A DNA stretch of 50,969 bases from Rhodoferax sp. GTDB lineage: Bacteria; Pseudomonadota; Gammaproteobacteria; Burkholderiales; Burkholderiaceae_C. The translations under genes were made by a program, and so were the position numbers. The stretch is taken from assembly GCA_049315845.1 (NCBI GenBank), contig JBMOJJ010000001.1, positions 1 to 50,969 of the forward strand, given 5' to 3'. The notes below the pieces were generated by a model. That model made no database searches. It saw nothing but the letters and a program-made list of their open reading frames with translations, and was not told where the DNA came from. This document shows, in pieces, positions 1-10,006 of the stretch (its first letter is position 1; each line of letters opens with the position of its first letter).

Positions 1-1122
1 CTGGCCGTCCTGCCAGATCCAGTGTGTATCGATGGCCGTGACCTTGCCCGGCGCCGCCGCCGCCACATGCGTGAACATTGCCAGCGAAACATCAAAGTGA
101 TTGTTGGAGTGCGAACCCCAGGTCAGGTCCCAGTCGCGACAGGTCTGCGCGACACGAACCGACCCGGCCATGGTCCAGAAATGCGGGTCGGCCAGCGGAA
201 TATCGACGCTTTGCATCGACAGCGAGTGCGTCAACTGGCGCCAGTCGGTTGCAACCATGTTCGTGGCCGTGGGCAGACCGGTGGCGCGGCGGAACTCGGC
301 CATGACTTCGCGCCCCGAGAAGCCCTCCTCGGCGCCACAGGGGTCTTCGGCGTAAGCCAGCACGCCGCGCATATCGCGCATCAGCCGGATCGCGTCCTTG
401 AGCCGCCAGCCGCCGTTCGGATCCAGCGTGACGCGGGCCTGCGGGAAGCGTTCGTGCAGGGCCGTGACGGCTTCGATTTCCTCCTCGCCGCGCAGCACGC
501 CGCCCTTGAGCTTGAAGTCGTTGAAACCGTAGCGCTGGTGGGCCGCTTCGGCCTGGCGAAGCACAGACTCGGGCGTCATCGCCTGCTCGTTGCGCAACTG
601 AAACCACGGATTGTCCGCACCGTGTTCGCTGCGGTAGGGCAGATCGGTTTTCTTGCGGTCGCCAATGAAGAACAGATAGCCCAGCACCTCCACTGCGCTG
701 CGCTGCTGGCCTTCTCCGAGCAGCGCCGCAACAGGAACATTCAGGTGCTGGCCCAGCAGATCGAGCAGGGCCGATTCGACCGCTGTCACGGCATGGATCG
801 TGGTGCGCAGGTCAAAGGTCTGCAAGCCGCGCCCCCCGGTATCGCGATCAGCAAAGCGGCTGCGCATCGTATTGAGCACGGCCTGCACGTTGCCGATCGA
901 TTGCCCGACAACGATCTGTGCTGCGTCTTCAAGCGTGATCCGAATCTTTTCTCCGCCCGGCACTTCGCCAACCCCGGTGCGACCTGCGCTGTCGGTCAGG
1001 ACCAGCAGGTTGCGGGTAAAAAAAGCGCCGTGCGCTCCGGACAGGTTCAGCAGCATGCTGTCCTGCCCGGCCACCGCGATGGCCCGCAGCGCCGTGACGA
1101 CCGGTGCGCTTGATGCGTTCAT
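1..1122 (-). CDS. gudD: Glucarate dehydratase (enolase superfamily), 3' end outside the window
   Basis: Absent from the ORF track because it runs off the edge. Manual minus-strand translation from ATG 1122 gives [87 protein letters not shown] and THWIWQDGQ, all characteristic GudD motifs. Confidence 0.95.
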   Translation of the reverse strand, partial: MNASSAPVVTALRAIAVAGQDSMLLNLSGAHGAFFTRNLLVLTDSAGRTGVGEVPGGEKIRITLEDAAQIVVGQSIGNVQAVLNTMRSRFADRDTGGRGLQTFDLRTTIHAVTAVESALLDLLGQHLNVPVAALLGEGQQRSAVEVLGYLFFIGDRKKTDLPYRSEHGADNPWFQLRNEQAMTPESVLRQAEAAHQRYGFNDFKLKGGVLRGEEEIEAVTALHERFPQARVTLDPNGGWRLKDAIRLMRDMRGVLAYAEDPCGAEEGFSGREVMAEFRRATGLPTATNMVATDWRQLTHSLSMQSVDIPLADPHFWTMAGSVRVAQTCRDWDLTWGSHSNNHFDVSLAMFTHVAAAAPGKVTAIDTHWIWQDGQ

Positions 1123-1142
1123 GGCTGAGTTGCGCAACGGGC

Positions 1143-2096
1143 TCAGTCTGCGGTGATCTTGCGCGATTCGATCAGCTTCTTCCAGCGCGCGAATTCGGCC
1201 GCCTGGTAAGCGGTGAACTGCTCCGGCGTGTTCGCCACGATCTCGAAACCGAGGTCGAGCAGCTTGGCTTTGACCTGCGGATCGTTCAGGCCGGCCACGA
1301 TCGCGGCATGTAGCTTGGCCTTGATATCGGCAGCCAGGCCATGCGGCCCGGCAATCGCCTGCCACGAATAGACATTGGCTTCCGTCACGCCGGCCTCTTC
1401 CAGCGTCTGCACCTTGGGCAGCAGCGGCGATCGCCTGGCGCTGGTGATCGCCAACGCGCGCAACTTGCCGGCCAGAATTTGCGGCATGGCGGTGTTGATG
1501 TTCATGAAAGACGAGTCGACCTGTCCGCCCAGCAAATCGGTCATCACCGGTCCGCCGCCCCGGTAGGGCACATGGATGCCGGTGGTGCCGGTCTGCAGCC
1601 AGAACAGCTCGGCTGTCAGGTGGTCGCTGCTGCCGTTGCCGGACGAGGCAAACGTCATCTTGCCGGGGTTCGCCTTTTCGTAGGCGATCACATCAGCGAT
1701 CGAGTTGTGAGGCGATTTGGCGGGCACCACCAGCACGTTGGGGGCCTGAACGGCCACCGTGATGTAGTCAAAATCCTTCAGCGCGTCATACGGCACTTTG
1801 GCCAACAGGTGCGGTGCGATCACGAACGGACCAAGCGACGACACCAGCAGCGTATGACCATCGGGTGCGGCCTTCGCCACCACACCTGCCCCGATGGTGC
1901 CGGTCGCGCCGCCCTTGTTGTCAACGATGAAGGTGCCACCCAGCCGTTCCTGCAGCTTGGGCATCAATGTTCGCGCAATCAGGTCGGTAGAGCCGCCCGG
2001 CGGGAACGGCACGATCAGTGTCACGGGCTTGTCGGGCCATGCCAGCGCGGACGTCATGGCCATTGCGGCAACCAGAGTGCAAAGTAGTTTCTTCAT
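1143..2096 (-). CDS. Bug/TctC family tripartite tricarboxylate transporter substrate-binding protein
   Basis: Signal peptide [19 protein letters not shown], then [26 protein letters not shown] and HVPYRGGGP. Start moved to ATG 2096, which has an AAGGAG RBS. Confidence 0.92.
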   Translation of the reverse strand: MKKLLCTLVAAMAMTSALAWPDKPVTLIVPFPPGGSTDLIARTLMPKLQERLGGTFIVDNKGGATGTIGAGVVAKAAPDGHTLLVSSLGPFVIAPHLLAKVPYDALKDFDYITVAVQAPNVLVVPAKSPHNSIADVIAYEKANPGKMTFASSGNGSSDHLTAELFWLQTGTTGIHVPYRGGGPVMTDLLGGQVDSSFMNINTAMPQILAGKLRALAITSARRSPLLPKVQTLEEAGVTEANVYSWQAIAGPHGLAADIKAKLHAAIVAGLNDPQVKAKLLDLGFEIVANTPEQFTAYQAAEFARWKKLIESRKITAD

Positions 2097-2190
2097 ACCA
2101 GATCTCCTTGGGATGGGTGGACCGCCTGCGGTCACCCGGGTTGAAAAGTGTCGCGGGGCAGTTGGCAGCGGCAGCATCTTGGTGGCACCG

Positions 2191-2205
2191 ATGGTAGCGG
2201 TACCA
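2191..2205. promoter_or_regulatory. LacI-family operator upstream of the tctC-gudD transcript
   Basis: ATGGTAGCGGTACCA, a near-palindrome differing by one base from the site at 3287-3300. Confidence 0.7.
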
Positions 2206-2246
2206 AATCCGGTCGTCAAGGGTTCGCGGCACGGTTTTTTGCTGCT

Positions 2247-3275
2247 TCAGCTGCTGTCGCGCTCGATGATCGAAAAACCGACATCGACAATGCGCGGATT
2301 CACCGGTCGCCCCTGGGCCCGCTCGATCAGGAAGCGCGCCGCCTGCTGACCGATGTCCGCGCCGTTGATGCGCACCGTGCTCAGTGCGGGCACCATGTCC
2401 GCCAGGAACGGGACATCGCCAAAACCGATGATCGAAATGCGTTCGGGAACTGCAACGCCCTGGGCCCGGGCCTCGGTCATGACGCCCAGCGCCAGCAGGT
2501 CGGAGCTGCAGAAGATGGCGTCGACATCGGGTGCCTGCTCCAACAGGCGCGCCATCGCCTGCCGTCCGCTTTTGAGGGAACGGGAATCCCCCACATTGAG
2601 CACCAGCACTTCGCGCTGGCCGGCCTGCGCCGCGGCGTCGGAAAACGCCTTCGCGCGTCGGCCGGCCCGCTCGTCGTCAGCCCGCACCAGCGCCAGCCGG
2701 CGACGCCCCTTCGCCATCAGAAATCGCGCCACTTCGCGACCGATATCCGAATGGGAGAAGCCAATCAGCATGTCGATCGGCGTCAGCGTCAGATCCCAGG
2801 TTTCAAGCACCGGAATGCCCGAGGCCAGCAAGCGGGTCCGGCCCCTGCCCGGCGGCATGATGCCGGTCAGAAAAATGCCGTCCGGGCGCCGCCCGATGAC
2901 GGCTTCAAGCAGTTGCTCTTCACGCGCTACGGAGTAGCCCGACTGGCCCAGCATCAACTGGTAGCCGGCCTCAAACAGGGCGCCGTTGAGTGATTCGATG
3001 GTTTCCATAAAGACCGACATGACCGTGCTCGGCACTACCGCGGCAATCAGCCGGCTGCGCGACGACGCCAGTCCGCCGGCCATCCGGTTGGGCACATAGC
3101 CGGTGCGCTGCACCGCGTCCGACACCTTTTGCAGAACCTGGCTGGATACCTGGGCCGGCGTGTTGAGGGCGCGCGAAGCGGTGATGGGCGCCACCCCCGC
3201 CAGCTTGGCCACATCGCGCAAGGTGATCGCGCCGCTGCTGCGCCGGTTTCTCCTGCTGCTGTCTTGATCGTTCAT
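2247..3275 (-). CDS. LacI-family (GntR/IdnR-like) transcriptional regulator
   Basis: N-terminal [30 protein letters not shown] hinge and a sugar-binding domain ([21 protein letters not shown]). Confidence 0.93.
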   Translation of the reverse strand: MNDQDSSRRNRRSSGAITLRDVAKLAGVAPITASRALNTPAQVSSQVLQKVSDAVQRTGYVPNRMAGGLASSRSRLIAAVVPSTVMSVFMETIESLNGALFEAGYQLMLGQSGYSVAREEQLLEAVIGRRPDGIFLTGIMPPGRGRTRLLASGIPVLETWDLTLTPIDMLIGFSHSDIGREVARFLMAKGRRRLALVRADDERAGRRAKAFSDAAAQAGQREVLVLNVGDSRSLKSGRQAMARLLEQAPDVDAIFCSSDLLALGVMTEARAQGVAVPERISIIGFGDVPFLADMVPALSTVRINGADIGQQAARFLIERAQGRPVNPRIVDVGFSIIERDSS

Positions 3276-3286
3276 GGATGCTTAGA

Positions 3287-3300
3287 ATGGTAGCGCTACC
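3287..3300. promoter_or_regulatory. LacI-family operator between the divergent regulator and garD
   Basis: ATGGTAGCGCTACC contains the perfect 12-bp palindrome GGTAGCGCTACC with the central AGCGCT typical of LacI sites. Confidence 0.78.
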
Positions 3301-3361
3301 GGGCAGTTTACTGCTTTCTCGACAGATGCCCACAACGTTCGCCACACGACAGGAGATCGCG

Positions 3362-4948
3362 ATGCCAGAAGCCGCCCGAACCATGCCGAGTACACCGCTG
3401 ACCATCCGGATGAACGAACTTGACAATGTCGCGATCGTCACCAACGACGGCGGATTGCCGGCGGGCACCGTGCTCGGCACCGGGCAGACGCTGCGTGAGA
3501 AGGTGCCGCAAGGCCACAAGGTCGCGCTGGTCGACCTGGCCAGGGATGCGCCCGTGTTGCGCTACGGCATTCCGATCGGATTTGCAGCGCAGGACATTGC
3601 GGCGGGAAGCTGGGTCCATGAGCGGCTGTTGCGGATGCCTGATGCTTGCGCACTGGAGGACTTGCCGCTGGCGACCATCAAGCCTGATCCGCAGCCCCCG
3701 CTGGAGGGCTACACCTTCGAGGGATATCGCAACCCGGACGGTTCGGTCGGGACCCGCAATATCCTGGCGATCACCCAGACCGTGCAGTGCGTTGCCGGCG
3801 TCACTGCCTTCGCAGTGCAGCGCATCAGGACCGAACTGCTTGCGCAGTTTCCCAATGTGGACGACGTGGTGGCGCTGGAGCACAGCTATGGTTGCGGCGT
3901 TGCGATCGACGCGCCTGATGCCGTCGTGCCAATCCGGACACTGCGCAACATCAGCCTGAACCCCAACTTCGGTGGCGAACTGATGGTGATCAGTCTGGGT
4001 TGTGAAAAACTGCAACCGCAGCGTCTGCTGCCCGCCGGATCGATTGCATTGCTTGCCGCGGGCCAGCGCGGCGCCGATCCGGGCGTGCTGGACGTGGTCT
4101 GCCTGCAGGACGAGTCCCACTCGGGATTCATGTCGATGGTCGATTCGATCATGCGCCAGGCCAGTGTGCATCTGCAACGGTTGAATGTCCGCAGACGCGA
4201 GACCGTGCCGGCCAGCGAACTGGTGGTTGGCGTGCAGTGCGGTGGCAGCGACGCTTTCTCGGGCGTCACCGCCAACCCGGCGGTGGGTTTCTGCGCCGAC
4301 CTGCTGGTGCGTGCCGGCGCCAGCGTGATGTTCTCCGAGACCACCGAGGTGCGCGACGGCATAGCGCAACTCACGGCCCGCGCCAGCACGCCCGAAGTGG
4401 CCCGGGCCATGATTGCCGAGATGGCCTGGTACGACGCCTACCTGAAGCGCGGCGGCGCGGACCGCAGCGCCAATACCACGCCAGGCAACAAGAACGGCGG
4501 CTTGTCGAACATTGTCGAAAAGGCGATGGGCTCGATCGTCAAGTCCGGCACCGCTGCGATCACTGGCGTGCTTGCGCCTGGCGAAAAGCTCAGCACCAAG
4601 GGCCTGACCTATGCGGCCACGCCGGCGAGCGACTTCATCTGCGGCACTCTGCAGCTGGCGGCCGGCATGAATCTGCACCTGTTCACGACCGGACGCGGCA
4701 CGCCCTACGGCCTGGCGGCAGTGCCGGTGATCAAGGTGGCCACGCGCAGCGAACTAGCGCGACGCTGGCACGACCTGATGGACGTCAACGCCGGCCGCAT
4801 CGCCGACGGCTCAGCCTCGATCGAGGCTGTGGGCTGGGAACTTTTCCGCCTGATGCTCGAGGTGGCCAGCGGCCGCCGCAAGACCTGGGCCGAGCATTGG
4901 AAGCTTCATAACGCGCTGGTCCTGTTCAACCCGGCTCCGGTCACCTGA
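3362..4948 (+). CDS. garD: Galactarate dehydratase (UxaA/GarD family, N-terminal SAF domain)
   Basis: [69 protein letters not shown] and C-terminal FNPAPVT. AGGAG RBS before ATG 3362. Confidence 0.93.
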   Translation: MPEAARTMPSTPLTIRMNELDNVAIVTNDGGLPAGTVLGTGQTLREKVPQGHKVALVDLARDAPVLRYGIPIGFAAQDIAAGSWVHERLLRMPDACALEDLPLATIKPDPQPPLEGYTFEGYRNPDGSVGTRNILAITQTVQCVAGVTAFAVQRIRTELLAQFPNVDDVVALEHSYGCGVAIDAPDAVVPIRTLRNISLNPNFGGELMVISLGCEKLQPQRLLPAGSIALLAAGQRGADPGVLDVVCLQDESHSGFMSMVDSIMRQASVHLQRLNVRRRETVPASELVVGVQCGGSDAFSGVTANPAVGFCADLLVRAGASVMFSETTEVRDGIAQLTARASTPEVARAMIAEMAWYDAYLKRGGADRSANTTPGNKNGGLSNIVEKAMGSIVKSGTAAITGVLAPGEKLSTKGLTYAATPASDFICGTLQLAAGMNLHLFTTGRGTPYGLAAVPVIKVATRSELARRWHDLMDVNAGRIADGSASIEAVGWELFRLMLEVASGRRKTWAEHWKLHNALVLFNPAPVT

Positions 4949-4988
4949 ACAGGCTTCAGCGCCCTGCTGCTGCTCGCGATCAGGGCGG

Positions 4989-5552
4989 TCAATTGAGATT
5001 GACGGCCGGCGCCTTCCTGACCAGCACCGCGGACTTGATCGAATCGAAGTCGAATTCATCTCGCAGTGAAACAAAGTCGACGCCTTCATCCGTGCCGGAA
5101 AACAGGTCGGCAATTCTTTTGCCTTTGCCATACACCACCAGACCCACGCCGCTGCCCTGCCCCAGCGCGTCTGTCACGTAGTAATGAAAACCGTCTTTCT
5201 CGAAACTGATGATGTTTTCACCCGTGTGAGAAGTTGTGCCCCGGGTAAAGACCGCGAACCTCGAGCTGGCCGATGCCGCTTGCTCGAGCTCCACGTTGCC
5301 GGGCGCGCCATAGCGATAAATCATTTGCGTAATCGATCTTCCTTGCGGATTGATGCATATCGAGAGCACTTTGCCGGTCGGGCTGTAGCTGATGCCGGCA
5401 CTCGATTTCTTGATCTTCTGCATCTTTGCGCTGATAAATGTCCGCTCTGCGGCCGTGCAGTGGCTCGGGACCGGGGCCTGGGCGCAGCAGTATCCGCAGC
5501 AGAGCCATGCGCTTGCGAGCAGCGCGGCTTTGAATTGAATCGGCAGCATCAT
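4989..5552 (-). CDS. Hypothetical exported protein
   Basis: Signal-peptide-like N-terminus (MMLPIQFKAALLASAWLCCGYCCA) and GAAGGA RBS before ATG 5552; beta-rich body (YRYGAPGNVELE); family not recognised. Confidence 0.7.
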   Translation of the reverse strand: MMLPIQFKAALLASAWLCCGYCCAQAPVPSHCTAAERTFISAKMQKIKKSSAGISYSPTGKVLSICINPQGRSITQMIYRYGAPGNVELEQAASASSRFAVFTRGTTSHTGENIISFEKDGFHYYVTDALGQGSGVGLVVYGKGKRIADLFSGTDEGVDFVSLRDEFDFDSIKSAVLVRKAPAVNLN

Positions 5553-5580
5553 GAAATCCTTCCATCCGATGCCAGAATGC

Positions 5581-6393
5581 TCACCTGGCTGCATTCATCT
5601 GCTCAATCACCATGCGAAAGGGTTCGCTTGAGATGCTGGTCTCGCCCCTGAAAGGTTGATCCATGATCATGATCAACCCGACCACCATGCCCAGAGCTCC
5701 GAAATAGGCTCCGAGGACTCCCGCACGTCGCCCATCGAGTTTGGCGCGCCCCGCCATGACGCTACCAAGCAGCATCAGAATGGCGATATAGAGCCAGAAC
5801 ACCCGTGGCGATGAAGCGGTGGCCAGCTGGTATCTCAGGATTCGGGCATTTTCCAGCTTCCCCAGGGACGTCAGGATCTTGTCCGAATAGGACGACATTC
5901 CGGATTCCTGCACGTTTTTTTGAGCTGACTTGCGCATGTCGACGACGGCTCTTTCGGCCTCGCCAGACAGGAGCGGATTGGCTTGCGCCAACGAAATCCA
6001 TTCATCCGCGACCACCGCCTTGACGTATCTTTCCAGTTGCTTCTTCTGATGCTGCGTGAAGGCGTTAGGCTGCAAATCCAGCAGGAAGAGGTACTGTCGC
6101 AACTCGAGGGATTCATTGATGACACTGTCCTGGGCCTTGCTGAAATTGGCGCGCACGTCACCCAGCGTGATCGCCAGCAGGAAGACCAGAAAGGCAAATA
6201 TGCTTTTTTCAACGGTCTCAAAGAGCGCATCGGAATCCATGTTCCTGTTGCCGAACAGGAACCGGTTTGAAAAAGCTGCAATCGAAATTCCGGCGGCGGC
6301 AAAAAACATAAGAAAATCAGCCATGATGGTGACATCGGAATTCGACGCAACATGCGCCATCACCAGATCTGAAATATTCATAGGGATCATCAA
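5581..6393 (-). CDS. DUF4239-like (bestrophin-like) membrane protein
   Basis: Two N-terminal and two C-terminal hydrophobic helices; FLLAITLGDV..FSKAQDSVINE, YVKAVVADEW and MDQPFRGE..ISSEPF patterns. Exact start uncertain (several Met). Confidence 0.7.
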   Translation of the reverse strand: MMIPMNISDLVMAHVASNSDVTIMADFLMFFAAAGISIAAFSNRFLFGNRNMDSDALFETVEKSIFAFLVFLLAITLGDVRANFSKAQDSVINESLELRQYLFLLDLQPNAFTQHQKKQLERYVKAVVADEWISLAQANPLLSGEAERAVVDMRKSAQKNVQESGMSSYSDKILTSLGKLENARILRYQLATASSPRVFWLYIAILMLLGSVMAGRAKLDGRRAGVLGAYFGALGMVVGLIMIMDQPFRGETSISSEPFRMVIEQMNAAR

Positions 6394-6411
6394 TAAGTCA
6401 AAGTCGTCGCC

Positions 6412-7779
6412 TCAGATTTCGCCCTGGCCCGCTGCTCCGTGGGTGACGCCAAACTGCCTGAGGATCGCGTTGCCCCTGAGCACTGCTGCATCAAGCCCGT
6501 CCTTGACGGACTTCTTGCCGGCAAAGATGTTCTCCAGCTCCATTTCAATGGCCTGACGGACCTGAGTGTAGTTGCCCAGACGCACGCCCCGGCTGGCCAG
6601 GGTCGGCCTGGCGTTCAGCAGTTGGCTCATGCCCGTCCACTGCTCCGGGTTCTTCTTGTAGAAGGCGTCGTCCTCCAGGCGTTTGACAGCCGCCTTGGTG
6701 ATGGGCAAATAGCCTGTGCTGGCTGCCCACCAACTCTGCTGGGACGGGTCGGCGACGAACTTCAGGAACTGCGCGACGCCCCGGTAATCCGCCGGCTCGT
6801 GCCCCCGCATCACCCACAGGGTGGCGCCGCCCAGGGAAGTGTTCGCCTTGGGATAAGGCACTCCCCAGTGCGGGAACTCGCCGGTCCCCCAGTTGAACCC
6901 GAGGGATTTCTTGAAGCTGCCAATGGTCGACGACGACTGCATGAGCATCGCGCAATCGCCGTTGATGAACTTGGTATCGGGCTCCTCGATCCGTCCGCCG
7001 TAGGAGAAGATGTTCTCCTTTTGCCACCTGGCGAGGGCACCGACATGCATGAGGCCAAAGTCGCTGTTCATCAGTAGCTTGGTGTCCAGGCCGGTGTAGC
7101 CGTTCTGGTTGGTGGCGTAGGGCTGGTTATGCAAGGCAAATGTATTCTCAAGCATGGTCCAGGCCGGCCACGAGGTGGTAAAGCCGCATCGGGCGACGCC
7201 GCTGGCCAGAATCTTCCTGGATGCGGTCTCGACCTCCTGCCAGGTGGCGGGCGGCGCGTCACCGAGTCCTGCCTTCCTGAAGATGTCCTTGTTGTAGTAC
7301 AGGATCGGGGTTGAGGCGTTGAACGGCATCGACAAGAGCTTGTCGTCCTTCTCGTAGTAGTCGGAGATGGCCTCGACAAAATCGACCCAGTTGGGCTCGA
7401 TTCTCTGTTGGCGCATCAACCTCTGAACCGGGACAATGGCGTCTGACAACATCATGCTCAGGGTACCGACTTCGTAGACTTGCACGATGTGCGGCGCGTT
7501 CTTCTGTCGGTAGGCGGACATGGCCGATGCCTGCACTTCCGGGTAGGTCCCCTTGTAGACGGCGTTGAGCTCAAACTCGGTCTGACTTTGATTGAACTGC
7601 TTCACCAGTTCGCTAACGACCTCGCCGAGGTGACCGTCCATGGCGTGCCAAAAGGAGATCTCGGTCCTGGCCTGGGCGCCGGAGATCACCCCGAGCAGGG
7701 CCAGCGCAGCGACAGCGACCGCCCTGATGGCATGGGCCATGCGGCAACTCATGACCGCGACGAGGGAGGATGGCTTCAT
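6412..7779 (-). CDS. ugpB: sn-glycerol-3-phosphate ABC transporter substrate-binding protein
   Basis: TEISFWHAM, YKGTYPE, PHIVQVYEVGT..MM, SMPFNASTPILYYNKD, GGATLWV, TGYLPIT and GVRLGN motifs. Start overlaps the patatin stop (ATGA). Confidence 0.88.
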   Translation of the reverse strand: MKPSSLVAVMSCRMAHAIRAVAVAALALLGVISGAQARTEISFWHAMDGHLGEVVSELVKQFNQSQTEFELNAVYKGTYPEVQASAMSAYRQKNAPHIVQVYEVGTLSMMLSDAIVPVQRLMRQQRIEPNWVDFVEAISDYYEKDDKLLSMPFNASTPILYYNKDIFRKAGLGDAPPATWQEVETASRKILASGVARCGFTTSWPAWTMLENTFALHNQPYATNQNGYTGLDTKLLMNSDFGLMHVGALARWQKENIFSYGGRIEEPDTKFINGDCAMLMQSSSTIGSFKKSLGFNWGTGEFPHWGVPYPKANTSLGGATLWVMRGHEPADYRGVAQFLKFVADPSQQSWWAASTGYLPITKAAVKRLEDDAFYKKNPEQWTGMSQLLNARPTLASRGVRLGNYTQVRQAIEMELENIFAGKKSVKDGLDAAVLRGNAILRQFGVTHGAAGQGEI

Positions 7780-9251
7780 GGAGCAAGCTCCTTGGCTTTT
7801 CGGTCAGCCAGAAAGTCCTGGATCGCCTGCTGGTTCTCCGCGACCACCTTGGCAGCGGCGGCGTGAAGCAACTGCCGGTCGCACTCAGACTCCATCATGA
7901 ATTTTGTCGGGATCTGGGAGAGACGCTGTTGTACGTCCTCCGGCGAAGTCAAGGCGGGCTTCTCGTTGCGGCAGGCCTCAGGCAGATCGCTGAGATCATC
8001 TTCCCACTTCGCGCGCTCGTGGTTCAGGAAAACGATGCGCAGGGTCGAGTCGTCGGGAAACACGCCTTCGATCTGGAGGCTGCGGTAAAAGAGGGACCAA
8101 TAGGCGGTTGCCCGTTCCTCCATCACTTTGGGGATGCGGGAGAAGTCGTAATTCAGGATGGTCCAGGGCTGACTGCGTCGCCCGAGCTCCTTGAAGCCCA
8201 CCGAGAAGGGAAAGGAACTGTTGAAGGCAAGGATCAGGGCGCGGCGCACCTTGCCAACCTGCATTTGCTTCTGGAATGTGAACAACAGGGACTCCAGACC
8301 GAGGTTTTCGTAGAGTCCACCATCCCCGGTGTGCCAGTAGTCCAGTTCGTCGCCAACCGTGAACGTGATCGGCCCCACCAATGGCGGGAACGAGGCGGAC
8401 GCGGTGACCGCAACCGCCACCTTCAGGGGACAGGGATCGATCTGCAATTCAAGCGGAGTGACCGGGAGCAGTGACTCCCAGCGCTTCTTCATGACCTCGG
8501 GGTAGCTGCGGGTGATCCCCTTGCTGATCAGCGACCGATCCAGATCCGCAAGAAAGTCGTATTGCGCGGTGTCGGGGCTGAGTGTGGTGAACATGAAGCG
8601 TCGCCCGCTGTTGTAAAGCGTGCTGTTGATCATCAGCGCGGGGCTGTCCCCGCTCGCTTGTCGCGCGGCCAGATCGGCGAAGGTGCCGGGGCCCAGAAGA
8701 CTCTCTTCGAGGATCTCATGCAGCGATTGGGCCGCCAGAGCCGAATTGAGGATGAACCGGCCTGAACCGAGCTGGCGCCAGATCAGGGCGCTCTGAAAGT
8801 CCTGGGACAGTTTGGCGTGGAAGTCGGTGAAAAAGCTCTGGTATGCCGGGGACAGCTTGCCGTCCGGGCCGAGCACCGGCGTCTGGCGCCCAGGCTTGTG
8901 CAGCGCATAGTAGGCGGCCGCCAGACCACCGCCGGAGACGCTGGAGAGGTAGGAGACCTGCTCCAGCACCGATCTTCCCGGCGGGGACTGCAAGCTGCCC
9001 AAGGCCTCCAGGCCGGCTGCGCTGTAAAGCGCAGCCCGACTGCCGCCGCCCGAGAAGGCCACGCCGATCACCGTGTCCTGCTGTGCGGTCTGCGAGATGC
9101 AGGTTGTCTCCGAGCCAGCTTTGGGCAGACGGGTTATCTCAGGCGAAGCGCACGCGCTCAGGAAAAGTGCGCCTGCAGTCCAGATCACGGCCGGCAACCG
9201 GCGGCTGAAGCTCGGTGACAGGTGATGGCGAAGGGTCTCTCCCATGGTCAT
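7776..9251 (-). CDS. Patatin-like phospholipase, probable lipoprotein
   Basis: Oxyanion loop AFSGGGSRAA, nucleophile SSVSGG, ASASFP and DGG motif (GDGGLYENLG); lipobox-like LSAC. Confidence 0.88.
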   Translation of the reverse strand: MTMGETLRHHLSPSFSRRLPAVIWTAGALFLSACASPEITRLPKAGSETTCISQTAQQDTVIGVAFSGGGSRAALYSAAGLEALGSLQSPPGRSVLEQVSYLSSVSGGGLAAAYYALHKPGRQTPVLGPDGKLSPAYQSFFTDFHAKLSQDFQSALIWRQLGSGRFILNSALAAQSLHEILEESLLGPGTFADLAARQASGDSPALMINSTLYNSGRRFMFTTLSPDTAQYDFLADLDRSLISKGITRSYPEVMKKRWESLLPVTPLELQIDPCPLKVAVAVTASASFPPLVGPITFTVGDELDYWHTGDGGLYENLGLESLLFTFQKQMQVGKVRRALILAFNSSFPFSVGFKELGRRSQPWTILNYDFSRIPKVMEERATAYWSLFYRSLQIEGVFPDDSTLRIVFLNHERAKWEDDLSDLPEACRNEKPALTSPEDVQQRLSQIPTKFMMESECDRQLLHAAAAKVVAENQQAIQDFLADRKAKELAP

Positions 9252-9412
9252 GGTTTGTCCCCAGGTGTGACTTTTGCCTACGTGTTATCAACTTGCAGAT
9301 GGCGTCAGGCCGTCCTGGAAAGGCGCCTTGCATGCAAGCAGGACCATGTTAATCGGGTTTGTCTGCCGGACCGAGCGCAGATGCCCGGATTTGCGAACTC
9401 TCTCTCTAAACA

Positions 9413-9426
9413 TTGACTGACATCAA
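9413..9426. promoter_or_regulatory. FNR/CRP-family box
   Basis: TTGAC-TGAC-ATCAA matches 9 of 10 positions of TTGAT-N4-ATCAA and lies in an intergenic region. Confidence 0.55.
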
Positions 9427-9639
9427 GTGGTTTGCCATGAGCTTTCTTGTCCGCATGCACATCGCCGCTGCCAGCGCCGCCCGGGTCGGTCAGCAAGCAG
9501 GTCTGCGACCCCTGGACCGTGCTGGTGGTAGCGAGCCGGGACGCATGGAGGCGATTGCGCGGTCTGAGCCGTCAATGCATCGGCGGCTCAGGACCGTCTC
9601 ATCGTTTGCCTGAACGAGCGCGAGTGCGCTGATCCAGGC

Positions 9640-9957
9640 TGGCGGCGAAAAGGGCCGCCGCTTCTGAGTCCCCGATGGCTGGAAAACCCGTCAACAGGTA
9701 TGACCGGCCATCCGCCACCGAACGAGGTCATCGCAAAGAAGGATGCCTGGAGAAGGAGCCCGTCACTCCCTGCGAACTGACGGGCCTGATGGAAATCGCC
9801 GCCCGTGTGCTTGACCACCCGGTCGGTCTGAGAAAGTTTCCATCTTTCCCGCTGTCAGCGACAGCGGAAATTCCCCCTGGGGAACCTCATCGGTGTGAAT
9901 GGGCAATCGGTTCAGGCTCGGGCCCAACGCCCGCAGACTCCAGGGTTCGCGATCGAA
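9640..9957 (+). ncRNA. Candidate large structured non-coding RNA (family not recognised)
   Basis: At least eight nested or abutting helices found by eye (see findings). The wobble pairs are G-U on the + strand. No convincing ORF. Confidence 0.5.
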
Positions 9958-10006
9958 GGTGGTCTTGAGAATTTGCAAACACCGGACTGGCCGGTTCGCC
10001 GCCGTG

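Noticed and set aside
22-1113. 363-aa plus-strand ORF
   Set aside because: Antisense shadow of gudD, whose motifs are unambiguous on the minus strand.
4960-4987. Hairpin CGCCCTG/CAGGGCG between convergent genes
   Set aside because: Large loop and no U-tract, so it is not supportable as an intrinsic terminator.
9624-9945. Group II intron (GTGCG at 9624), cobalamin riboswitch or hammerhead as the identity of the structured element
   Set aside because: No domain V or RT gene, no intact B12 box, and the minus-strand CCGATGAG does not give a canonical hammerhead core.
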